62,016 bases of DNA, taken from contig JABWCP010000018.1 in assembly GCA_013360215.1 (NCBI GenBank), positions 1-62,016 on the forward strand. Direction: 5' to 3'. The position numbers were made by a program, and so were the translations under genes. The DNA is from a bacterium. Its GTDB lineage: Bacteria > CLD3 > SB21. The notes under the pieces are model-generated. The model was given only the letters and a program-made list of their open reading frames with translations. It did no database searches and was not told where the DNA came from. Positions 7,962 to 17,291 of the stretch are shown here, one piece after another; positions within the stretch are counted from its first letter, which is position 1; each line of letters opens with the position of its first letter.

Positions 7962-9242
7962 ATGCCCAACGATATTGAACCCCTTGAACGTATCCACAGC
8001 GACAGTTATGACGACGTGATGAATTACGAGCCCCATTGGTTGATACGGAGGGGTTCGTTCATATTGCTATTGGTCATTATTTTTTTGATTACCGTCAGCG
8101 GATATATACAATATCCGGATATATTACGCGGACAAATCACGCTGATCAGCGATCAGCCCACATTGGAGGTTGTCGCGCAATCCACAGGCCGCGTGAAATT
8201 GTTTGTCAAAGATCGCGACTCAGTCAAGGCCGGGCAACCTCTGGCTATGATCGAAAACCCTGCCGACTTTGCTTCCATTCAGAAATTGCGCTTATTTTTA
8301 GATTCTGCATCTTCTCAAAGCGATAGTTACGTAATGATAGATACAGCGTTACAACTCGGAGAACTGCAGACTTTTTATTCGGAAGTCATGCAGAATTATA
8401 AAGAATTAGCATCGTTTAAAGAGATCAATTATGAAGTAAAAAAAATCAACTCCATTCGGCAACAGATCAGCGCCTATTATAATTTGGGCGACCGACTGGA
8501 TGATCAGATCAAACTTCTGAAATTAGATGTGATGAAAGCCGAAAAAGATTTTGAAGTTAATAAATCTTTACATGAACGCGGACTACTTTCGGATGTCGAG
8601 CTCTCCGGTTATCAGTTCCAGTTAAACCAGAAGAAACTTGCGATGGAAGAAGCGCAGAAAGAAACTATCCGTAATTCGATCGTAGTTTCTGAAAATCTCA
8701 AAAACATATTAGACATGGAATTTCAAAATCAGGACAAAACGGCCCGGTACCTGATTCGCATACAGGAGTCACTGAGCAAACTCAAGAGCGAATTTTCAGC
8801 ATGGGAAAAAAAATACTGGATAACCAGTCCCATTAGCGGTGAAGCCATCTACAATGATGTATGGACAGACGACCGATTTGTAAAACTGGGCCAGGAGATC
8901 ATGACGATCAATCCGAAAACAAATCGTATTCGCGGACGCATAAAATATGAAGGCCCCGGACTCGGAAAAGTTGTTCCCGGACAGGAAGTTAAAATCAAAT
9001 TAGAAAATTATCCTTTTCAGGAATTCGGTATCGTATCGGGCGTCGTGGAAAATATTTCAGCCGTATCCAAAGATAAATCTGTAGTCATACAAATCACACT
9101 CCCTCAACAATTAAAAACATCTTTGGGTGCCTTATTGGAATACAAACAAGAAATGCAAGGAACATCCGAAATAATAACCGAAAACAGCACGTTGCTCGAA
9201 AGAGTTTTTCAACAACTGCGCCAAATCACCCAATATCAGTAA
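7962..9242 (+). CDS. HlyD-family periplasmic adaptor (type I secretion)
   Basis: N-terminal TM helix, VKAGQPLAMI, long coiled coil, SPISG, YPFQEFG..G.V..IS. Confidence 0.92.
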   Translation: MPNDIEPLERIHSDSYDDVMNYEPHWLIRRGSFILLLVIIFLITVSGYIQYPDILRGQITLISDQPTLEVVAQSTGRVKLFVKDRDSVKAGQPLAMIENPADFASIQKLRLFLDSASSQSDSYVMIDTALQLGELQTFYSEVMQNYKELASFKEINYEVKKINSIRQQISAYYNLGDRLDDQIKLLKLDVMKAEKDFEVNKSLHERGLLSDVELSGYQFQLNQKKLAMEEAQKETIRNSIVVSENLKNILDMEFQNQDKTARYLIRIQESLSKLKSEFSAWEKKYWITSPISGEAIYNDVWTDDRFVKLGQEIMTINPKTNRIRGRIKYEGPGLGKVVPGQEVKIKLENYPFQEFGIVSGVVENISAVSKDKSVVIQITLPQQLKTSLGALLEYKQEMQGTSEIITENSTLLERVFQQLRQITQYQ

Positions 9243-9586
9243 ATTAATTTGTATTTACTCGTGGTTTTCCAATACATAACTTCTTAATCTTATAAATTTG
9301 AAAACTATTTGATCTCCCATTGGAAAATCTCTATGATAATATCATGCGTGGTTACTTGATATAATCTACTAATCTGAAAAACAATCACCCCCTCTTTTTT
9401 GTTATCCCTCGCTCGTCTTTCACCGATTCATAACGACATAACCCCAACGATTTCATCGTTTGATAACCGACAAAAGTCATTTTTTACGATGATACGAATC
9501 ATTCCAAAGTATTCGGATTTATAATAGACTGCTCTTAGTCGGGTGCCTTGTGCACGGCCGGCTATTGTCCAACCAACGAGGCTGTT

Positions 9587-12500
9587 ATGTCCAATACCAA
9601 ACGTGCGATGGTTACGCTGGACGGCAATGAAGCCGCCGCTTACGTAGCCCACAAACTCAGCGAAGTCATAGCCATCTACCCCATCACGCCGTCTTCGGCG
9701 ATGGGCGAATTTTCCGATGAATGGTCCAGTAAAGGAAAAACCAATCTTTGGGGAACCGTGCCGCTCGTCATGGAAATGCAGAGCGAAGGCGGTGCAGCGG
9801 GAACTGTGCACGGCGCATTGCAGACCGGCTCACTCACGACGACATTTACCTCATCGCAGGGACTTCTGCTAATGATTCCCAATATGTATAAAATCGCAGG
9901 CGAACTCACCGCGACAGTATTTCACGTCGCGGCGCGGGCAATAGCTTCACAAGCACTTTCGATATTCGGTGATCACTCCGACGTGATGTCCGTTCGCGCT
10001 ACAGGGTGGGCCCAACTGAGTGCGCATTCCGTACAGGAAGTGATGGATATGGCGCTCATCGCGCATGCTGCCACGCTTCGTGCACGGGTACCGTTCATTC
10101 ATTTTTTTGATGGATTTCGTACGTCGCACGAAGTCATGAAAGTAGAACAACTTACCGACGAAGACATGCTCGCCATGATCGATGATCATCTCATCCGTGC
10201 GCATCGCGAGCGCGGTCTTTCACCGGAACATCCCGTCATGCGGGGCACGGCGCAAAATCCGGACGTATTTTTTCAAGGGCGTGAAGCCGCCAATCCCTAT
10301 TATCAAAAATGCCCCGCGATCGTTCAGGAAACTATGGATCGTTTTGCGAAACGCACGGGCCGCGCCTACAAATTATTTGATTATTTCGGCGCTCGGGATG
10401 CGGAACATATTATCGTCGCGATGGGTTCGGGCGCTTTGACGGCACAAGAAACTGCCGCATTCCTGATCGGACAAGGCCATAAAGTGGGCGTGGTCAAAGT
10501 TCACCTCTATCGCCCGTTTTCGATCGAACATCTTATCGCGGCTTTTCCCAAAACCGTTCGCACGATCGCCGTGCTGGATCGCACCAAAGAACCGGGCAGC
10601 GCGGGTGAACCGCTGTATCAGGATGTCATCACGGCGCTTACGGAAACTTTTATCGACGGCAAATTGCCCTTTGCTATGCCCCGTGTGATCGGTGGGCGCT
10701 ACGGCTTATCATCCAAAGAGTTTACGCCGGCCATGGTCAAAGCCGTTTACGATGAATTGCAAAAAACTCTTCCTAAAAATCATTTTACCGTAGGCATTCA
10801 TGATGACGTATCGCATTTGAGCCTGGATGTGAATCCCGATTTTTCGATTGAACCCCAAGATGTCGTGCGGGCATTATTTTACGGACTCGGCGCCGACGGC
10901 ACTGTCGGTGCGAATAAGAACTCCATCAAAATCATCGGCGAGGATACCGATAATTTCGCCCAAGGTTATTTTGTGTACGATTCTAAAAAATCCGGTTCTA
11001 TCACCGTTTCCCATTTGCGATTCGGCCCGAAACCTCTGTTTTCCTCGTATCTGGTGACCCGTGCTAATTTTATTGCGTGCCATCAGTTTAGTTTTCTTGA
11101 AAAATACGATATGCTCAAATATGCCGTCGAAGGCGGTACGTTTTTACTCAATAGCCCCTTTGACGAAAATGAAGTGTGGGATCAATTGCCGCTCATCGCA
11201 CAAAAAGAAATTACGGAAAAAAAATTACGCTTTTTTGTGATCGACGGTTACCGCGTGGCCAAAGAAACCGGCATGGGTGGACGATTTAATACTATCATGC
11301 AAACTTGTTTTTTTGCCATATCCGGCATTCTCCCGCGCGATAAAGCGATCGAAGCGATCAAACACGCCATTCAAAAAACCTACGGTAAAAAAGGCGATGA
11401 AATCGTACGCATCAACTTTAACGCCGTAGATCAGACATTGGCCAATCTCAAAGAAGTCAACTATGCCGGAAGACCTTTAACCGATCGTGCGATGCGACCT
11501 CCGGTGGATCCTCTGGCGCCGGACTTCGTCAAAGACGTAACCGGACGTATAATACTAGGCGACGGCGACACATTGCCGGTAAGCGCCATGCCGGCCGACG
11601 GGACATTCCCGACCAATACCGCACGTTGGGAAAAAAGAAATATCGCCCTCGAAATCCCGGTCTGGGATCCCGCCGTGTGTATCCAATGCAACAAGTGTGC
11701 ATTGGTATGCCCGCACGCAACGATCCGCGCCAAAGTGTTTCCAGAAGCTGCGCTCGATGGTAAGCCGGAACATTTCAAAGCCGTACCATATAAAGGCAAA
11801 GAATTTCCCAACAGTCTTTATACCATACAAGTGGCCCCCGAAGACTGCACCGGCTGTGGCTTGTGTGTTGATGTATGCCCGGCAAAAAACAAACAGGAAA
11901 CCCGCCTCAAAGCGATCTATATGCAGCCGCAAAGCCCGATTCGCGATCAAGAACGCATCCATTGGGAATATTTTCTTCGCCTCCCGGAAGCCGACCGTAC
12001 ACAGGTGCCGCTCAATACCGTCAAAGGTTCTCAGTTTTTACAACCGCTATTCGAATTTTCCGGTGCATGCAGCGGCTGCGGCGAAACGCCATATCTCAAA
12101 CTGATCAGTCAGCTTTTCGGCGATCGCGCAATGGTCGCCAATGCGACCGGCTGTTCCAGCATCTACGGCGGTAATCTGCCTACGACACCTTGGGCGCAAA
12201 ATAAAGACGGGCGCGGCCCGGCGTGGAGCAATTCGCTTTTCGAAGATAATGCCGAATTTGGTCTCGGTTTCCGTCTCACGGTAGACAAACAAACAGCGTT
12301 TGCACAAGAACTGCTCTATCGCCTCGGCGATTCATTGGATAAAGAGCTTATCACATCATTGATCGCGTCACCCCAAAAAACCGAAGCCGATATGCAAGCG
12401 CAACGCGCACGCGTTCAAGTTCTTAAAAACCGTCTTACTTCATTATCACATCCCGATGCCAAACGCTTACTCGACGTTGCCGATTTTCTTGTCAAAAAAA

Positions 12501-13168
12501 GCGTCTGGATTGTCGGCGGCGACGGCTGGGCCTACGATATCGGTTACGGCGGTTTGGATCACGTACTCGCATCCGGACGCAATGTCAATATCATCGTACT
12601 GGACACCGAAGTTTATTCCAACACCGGCGGCCAGGCGTCTAAATCCACCAATCGCGGCGCGGTTGCTAAGTTTGCCGCCTCTGGAAAACGTTACTCCAAA
12701 AAAGATCTCGGCCTCATGGCGATGAGCACCGGTCATGTTTATGTCGCACAGATCGCGATGGGCGCCAACGACGCACAGACTGTCAAAGCGCTATTGGAAG
12801 CCGAAGCTTACGACGGACCTTCGCTCATCATCGCCTATAGCCACTGCATCGCGCACGGTATTAATATGGGTCAGGGTATGCGCCAGCAAAAATCTGCCGT
12901 CGATTGCGGTCATTGGTTATTGTACCGTTTCAATCCGGATCATGTGTCACTGGGTCAAAACCCTCTCACATTGGATTCCAAAGCACCTACGCTTGCATTC
13001 AAAGATTATGCCCTGAGCGAAACACGTTATAAAATGCTGGCCATGACGGATCCGTCGGCATCGGAGAGTTTGGTCAAACAAGCGCAACAGGACATACTTC
13101 AAAAATGGCACTTCTACGAACAAATGGCGAAACTGCATTACAACGGTCAAAACGAAGAGAAACATTAG
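9587..13168 (+). CDS. nifJ: Pyruvate:ferredoxin/flavodoxin oxidoreductase
   Basis: YPITPSS, MQSEGGAAG, two ferredoxin motifs (CIQCNKCALVCP, CTGCGLCVDVCP), GACSGCGETPY, GGDGWAYDIG. Confidence 0.97.
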   Translation: MSNTKRAMVTLDGNEAAAYVAHKLSEVIAIYPITPSSAMGEFSDEWSSKGKTNLWGTVPLVMEMQSEGGAAGTVHGALQTGSLTTTFTSSQGLLLMIPNMYKIAGELTATVFHVAARAIASQALSIFGDHSDVMSVRATGWAQLSAHSVQEVMDMALIAHAATLRARVPFIHFFDGFRTSHEVMKVEQLTDEDMLAMIDDHLIRAHRERGLSPEHPVMRGTAQNPDVFFQGREAANPYYQKCPAIVQETMDRFAKRTGRAYKLFDYFGARDAEHIIVAMGSGALTAQETAAFLIGQGHKVGVVKVHLYRPFSIEHLIAAFPKTVRTIAVLDRTKEPGSAGEPLYQDVITALTETFIDGKLPFAMPRVIGGRYGLSSKEFTPAMVKAVYDELQKTLPKNHFTVGIHDDVSHLSLDVNPDFSIEPQDVVRALFYGLGADGTVGANKNSIKIIGEDTDNFAQGYFVYDSKKSGSITVSHLRFGPKPLFSSYLVTRANFIACHQFSFLEKYDMLKYAVEGGTFLLNSPFDENEVWDQLPLIAQKEITEKKLRFFVIDGYRVAKETGMGGRFNTIMQTCFFAISGILPRDKAIEAIKHAIQKTYGKKGDEIVRINFNAVDQTLANLKEVNYAGRPLTDRAMRPPVDPLAPDFVKDVTGRIILGDGDTLPVSAMPADGTFPTNTARWEKRNIALEIPVWDPAVCIQCNKCALVCPHATIRAKVFPEAALDGKPEHFKAVPYKGKEFPNSLYTIQVAPEDCTGCGLCVDVCPAKNKQETRLKAIYMQPQSPIRDQERIHWEYFLRLPEADRTQVPLNTVKGSQFLQPLFEFSGACSGCGETPYLKLISQLFGDRAMVANATGCSSIYGGNLPTTPWAQNKDGRGPAWSNSLFEDNAEFGLGFRLTVDKQTAFAQELLYRLGDSLDKELITSLIASPQKTEADMQAQRARVQVLKNRLTSLSHPDAKRLLDVADFLVKKSVWIVGGDGWAYDIGYGGLDHVLASGRNVNIIVLDTEVYSNTGGQASKSTNRGAVAKFAASGKRYSKKDLGLMAMSTGHVYVAQIAMGANDAQTVKALLEAEAYDGPSLIIAYSHCIAHGINMGQGMRQQKSAVDCGHWLLYRFNPDHVSLGQNPLTLDSKAPTLAFKDYALSETRYKMLAMTDPSASESLVKQAQQDILQKWHFYEQMAKLHYNGQNEEKH

Positions 13169-13217
13169 AAGTGAATTCAGAGTTCCGCATTCTACAAAAT
13201 TTTCTTGAGGACGCACT

Positions 13218-14234
13218 ATGGACTTAACCACCAGTTATCTCGGAATGACGCTCAAAAATCCGATCGTTCCTTCCGCTTCGCCTTTCTCCAAAGACATCGT
13301 GCAAATCAAACGCATGGAAGAGGCCGGTGCCGCCGCGGTGGTTTTACATTCATTATTCGAAGAGCAAATCGCTCATGATGAAAGAGAAATGTTTTATCAT
13401 CTGCACCACGGTTCGGAAAGTTCGCCCGAAGCGCAATCCTATTTTGTGGATATGGATCGCTACAACCGCGGACCCGAATGGTATCTGGAGCATATTCATC
13501 GCGCCAAAGCCGCCGTGGGCATTCCTATCATCGCCAGCCTCAACGGATCTTCGCATTCCGGCTGGCTGGATTATGCCAAAAAAATCGAACAAGCCGGAGC
13601 CGATGCGCTGGAACTCAATATGTACTACATTGCGGCCGATATTGCTGAATCGGCGACCTCTATCGAACATCGTTATCTGGAAATCGCGCGCACTTTACGC
13701 CAAAGTCTTCGCATACCCATCGCGATAAAACTCAGTCCGTTCTTCACTTCCTTTGCACATTTTGCTAAACACATGGATGATTGCAGCATCAACGGCCTTG
13801 TGCTTTTTAATCGGTTTTATCAACCGGATATCAATCTGGAAACGCTTGAAGTAATGCCGAATGTTATCCTGAGTCAATCATCGGAATTACGCTTAGCTCT
13901 GCGATGGATCGCCATTCTCCACGGGCGCGTTCGCGCCGACCTGGCGGCGACAGGCGGCATTCATACGCATGAAGACGTTATCAAAGCATTACTCGCCGGT
14001 GCGTCGGTCACCATGGTTTGTTCCACATTGCTCAAAAACGGAATCGCACGTATCACGGATATTGTAAAAGGCATGGAAACGTGGCTCATCGAAAGAGAAT
14101 ACGAGTCGGTCAAACAATTGCAAGGCAGCATGAGTCAAAAATCCGTTTCCGATCCCACAGCCTTTGAACGGGCTAACTACATGCGGGCATTAAGCGGCTA
14201 TAATCTGCCCAACGATCTTTTGTATCACAATTGA
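13218..14234 (+). CDS. Dihydroorotate dehydrogenase-like flavoprotein (usual nifJ neighbour)
   Basis: MDLTTSYLGMTLKNP, SLFEEQI, IKLSP, LFNRFYQPDI, ATGGIH. Confidence 0.88.
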   Translation: MDLTTSYLGMTLKNPIVPSASPFSKDIVQIKRMEEAGAAAVVLHSLFEEQIAHDEREMFYHLHHGSESSPEAQSYFVDMDRYNRGPEWYLEHIHRAKAAVGIPIIASLNGSSHSGWLDYAKKIEQAGADALELNMYYIAADIAESATSIEHRYLEIARTLRQSLRIPIAIKLSPFFTSFAHFAKHMDDCSINGLVLFNRFYQPDINLETLEVMPNVILSQSSELRLALRWIAILHGRVRADLAATGGIHTHEDVIKALLAGASVTMVCSTLLKNGIARITDIVKGMETWLIEREYESVKQLQGSMSQKSVSDPTAFERANYMRALSGYNLPNDLLYHN

Positions 14235-14239
14235 CCACA

Positions 14240-14761
14240 TCAGATCGAATCGTTTTCCATCATGCGTTTGAAATTATAGAGGTATCTGCGCCATCGCAGC
14301 TTATCATCGGTATAACGCAAGGCCAATAGTGAACGCTGTATCCACGTGTAGCCGCGAGTGCGGTGACGCAACGTAACACGCGTCGAATCACCCATATATT
14401 CCAGTCTGTATTCTAATGACCCTTTTTTCTCGGCATCTTCATAACCATACGTAAGCAAAATGCCGGGCCACGCTATCCTGTCCGTAAGAACAAATTCGCT
14501 TTTTTCTTCATCGATGATTTCACGCATCACATGCGCAGAATCATTGATCGGGTCGCTTCCCGCCCAATCTGTCCACCAGCTTTTCAAACGAGACGAATCT
14601 TGTAAAGCTTCATATACAAATATAGAAGGTTTGTAAATCACGGCTTTTGCTTTGTAGTCATGGTTGGGTTGAAACCAACCGATCATCCAAAACGATAAGA
14701 CACACAATCCTAAAAACAGAACCGATGAAATAATACGATCGGTCTTCGGCGAAAGAGGCAT
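14240..14761 (-). CDS. Membrane-anchored hypothetical protein (possibly SRPBCC/START-like)
   Basis: N-terminal TM helix; coupled to the upstream gene by a 1-nt overlap. Confidence 0.55.
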   Translation of the reverse strand: MPLSPKTDRIISSVLFLGLCVLSFWMIGWFQPNHDYKAKAVIYKPSIFVYEALQDSSRLKSWWTDWAGSDPINDSAHVMREIIDEEKSEFVLTDRIAWPGILLTYGYEDAEKKGSLEYRLEYMGDSTRVTLRHRTRGYTWIQRSLLALRYTDDKLRWRRYLYNFKRMMENDSI

Positions 14762-15465
14762 TATTTATCTAATCCTAATTTTTTGCGATGGCGAAGGATA
14801 GTTCTGCGGATAATCGCTTCTTGCTCGGCGTTAAAGCCGGTGTAATATTTCGCACGATATTTTTTTTGATCGGGGCATTCGCCGTTATGATGCATGATAT
14901 TTTGCCCGCCGTCTTCCGTCAACGTCGAATCGCAAATATGACCTAAACCAAACGCATGTCCCATCTCATGCTCTTCCAGCGAACCTTTGTGGCCGAGCGC
15001 CTGATAATCAATAAACACTACCGGAACGCCGCCATAAGTTGCACCGCGGCTCCGTCGCGAACGCCAGCCTTGGGCATCCGTGTAAGAATCAAAAATAACA
15101 AAGTTAACCGCTCGCGGATCACGCAGTTTCGTATCGGCACATTCTTTATATAAATTGGCCCAGCGCCCGATATACATGCCTTCATTGGCGGAATCAACAA
15201 ATGAGCACGCCGTGTTTTCGATGTCATCAAAAAAAGCCGCTGATTTAAAGCGAAAACGCACTAACGGACGTTTATCTTCGGTAACAAAATAAGTATTCAG
15301 TATCTCAATCTCGCGATGCATTTGCTCCAATGTTGCAACAGCGGCCACTTCTTCCGATCCGTCAATCACCACAAAATGAACAGGAAACTCCGGCAATGTA
15401 TCTTGTGTTGCAGCAGGTTGAACTGCAAAAAAAATAAAAAAGAACAAAAATATCATATTCGTCAT
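14761..15465 (-). CDS. Secreted zinc metallopeptidase (metzincin, M43/pappalysin-like)
   Basis: Signal peptide, FPVHFVVI...EILNTYF, HEMGHAFGLGH (HExxHxxGxxH), NIM Met-turn. Confidence 0.75.
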   Translation of the reverse strand: MTNMIFLFFFIFFAVQPAATQDTLPEFPVHFVVIDGSEEVAAVATLEQMHREIEILNTYFVTEDKRPLVRFRFKSAAFFDDIENTACSFVDSANEGMYIGRWANLYKECADTKLRDPRAVNFVIFDSYTDAQGWRSRRSRGATYGGVPVVFIDYQALGHKGSLEEHEMGHAFGLGHICDSTLTEDGGQNIMHHNGECPDQKKYRAKYYTGFNAEQEAIIRRTILRHRKKLGLDK

Positions 15466-15475
15466 CTGTTTTATT

Positions 15476-16066
15476 TTATTTATTTGAGTCGGTCGTTTTT
15501 ACAACGTAGCGCATGATAGGGCGCGTTTTGGACCGGCGTGCAACTTCCTTGAACCCGGCTTTGACAAAAGCCGAAGTCAACCCTGTCCATACAAATGGCG
15601 CGGGTACACCGGCATCATACGGATCACTGGGATACGCTTCTAAAATTTGAACCCCCATCTTTTTAGCCGATACGATGACTTGCCGGATGAGTTTTTCCGA
15701 CAAACCTTGTTTACGATAATCTTTGTGAATAAAAAAACATGAAATTGACCACACGGGTTTTTCATCAACGGGTTTGAAAATGCGTGAAGCCGCAAGCCGT
15801 ATATATTCCTCCCGCGGTGCAAATGCGCACCATCCCACCGGAATAACGTCTTTGTACATGATCAAACCGATTGGTAATTCTTTTTTAACCAATCGTTGCA
15901 TGGCTTTGCGATTGCCTTCGCCTTTATTTTTTTGAAACTCCGCGTTAGACATGCGCCAAACCATACACCAGCATCCTCCGCATGCGCCGCGTTCACCAAA
16001 CAGCGCGGCAAAATCATTCCATGTTTGTGGTGTGAGATGTTCGAATTTGTAGGACATAACCATCAA
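15476..16066 (-). CDS. GNAT-family N-acetyltransferase
   Basis: CWCM, VGWCAFAPR, WSISCFFIHKDYRKQGLS, EAYP. Confidence 0.88.
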   Translation of the reverse strand: MMVMSYKFEHLTPQTWNDFAALFGERGACGGCWCMVWRMSNAEFQKNKGEGNRKAMQRLVKKELPIGLIMYKDVIPVGWCAFAPREEYIRLAASRIFKPVDEKPVWSISCFFIHKDYRKQGLSEKLIRQVIVSAKKMGVQILEAYPSDPYDAGVPAPFVWTGLTSAFVKAGFKEVARRSKTRPIMRYVVKTTDSNK

Positions 16067-16214
16067 CCGTTAACTTAAGTTTCCATGCATCAAGCGTTAG
16101 CTTGGAGGAAAAAATTGCGTTATTCGATTAAAATCAGGCATTAAACTTTTTTTTAGCGCAAACATCTAACCGTCGATACACGTACAAGCCTTATAAAAAC
16201 AATAGGATTAAAAA

Positions 16215-16243
16215 TTGCATTTTTAATTTAGTGTAAATATATT
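16215..16243 (+). promoter_or_regulatory. Putative sigma70-type promoter
   Basis: TTGCAT-N17-TATATT upstream of the radical SAM gene. Confidence 0.45.
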
Positions 16244-16287
16244 GTTTTTCAAAGTACTTACTTAATGGATTGAAGCGGAATTATACC

Positions 16288-17271
16288 ATGATCGAAGCGA
16301 AATTTTACCGTAAAGAAGCCGATCATATCGTCTGTGAACTATGCCCTCGTATGTGTAAAATACAGGAGGGTGCGGAGGGCGACTGCTGGGGATATAAGAA
16401 TATTGACGGTAAATTGTACTCTTTTAATTACGGTAAAATTGTTACAGCCGTTTACGATCCGATGGAGAAAAAACCATTTTTCCATTATTACCCCAATTCC
16501 ACCATTTTATCGCTGGCACCTAACGGTTGCAACATGCGTTGCAAATTCTGCCAAAACCACGATGTGGCATTGAACAAAAAAGAAACAAAAGATATATCTC
16601 TGCAAACGATCTTGGATTATTCCGGAAAGAGTCATTCTATCGGCGTGGCTTATACGTTTACGGAACCTTTGATATGGTATGAATTTCTGATTGACTCCAT
16701 GCGTAAGCTGAAAGGTATCGGACAGAAAAATATCTTGATTACCAACGGATATTTGAATCAAAAACCTATCGAAGACATTATTCCGTACATTGACGCGATG
16801 AACATCAGCGTCAAATCTATGAACCCGGAAACGCATGAACGATTAACGGAAAGTAAACTAGAAATTGTACTCAATTCCATCAAATCCGCATTCGGGAAAA
16901 CGCATTTGGAATTGACGTACTTGTTGATCCCCGGTGAATCCGACAGCACGGAAGATGTCGGCAACTTTGTTGATTTCGTTGCGGGAATCAACAAAGACAT
17001 ACCTGTACATTTTAAACGTTTTTTTCCACACCACAAAATGACCTCACAACCCATGACGCCCAATGAAACGATGGTGCGAACATACAAACTGGCTACACAA
17101 AAGCTGAGTTACGTATATTTGACGGATACGGACATTGACGGTGTCTCGGATACATTCTGCCCCAACTGTAAACGTTTGATCATCAAGCGGCGCGATTACC
17201 AATCCAATCTCGGCGGTATGCGCGGTTCCAATTGTAAATTCTGCGGCCACCGCATTTTCATTAAATTTTAA
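16288..17271 (+). CDS. amrS: AmmeMemoRadiSam-type radical SAM enzyme
   Basis: CELCPRMC...GDC, DPMEKKPFFHYYP, CNMRCKFCQN (CxxxCxxC), AYTFTEP, C-terminal CPNC/CKFC. Confidence 0.82.
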   Translation: MIEAKFYRKEADHIVCELCPRMCKIQEGAEGDCWGYKNIDGKLYSFNYGKIVTAVYDPMEKKPFFHYYPNSTILSLAPNGCNMRCKFCQNHDVALNKKETKDISLQTILDYSGKSHSIGVAYTFTEPLIWYEFLIDSMRKLKGIGQKNILITNGYLNQKPIEDIIPYIDAMNISVKSMNPETHERLTESKLEIVLNSIKSAFGKTHLELTYLLIPGESDSTEDVGNFVDFVAGINKDIPVHFKRFFPHHKMTSQPMTPNETMVRTYKLATQKLSYVYLTDTDIDGVSDTFCPNCKRLIIKRRDYQSNLGGMRGSNCKFCGHRIFIKF

Positions 17272-17291
17272 AGTACGGGAGAAATTTCATT

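Noticed and set aside
9460-9473. FNR-like site upstream of nifJ (TTGAT-N4-GACAA)
   Set aside because: The second half-site is a poor match in AT-rich DNA; not supportable.
16288-17271. Radical SAM enzyme as the missing partner of GwsS
   Set aside because: Its motifs fit the AmmeMemoRadiSam family, and it lies 7 kb outside the cluster among unrelated genes.
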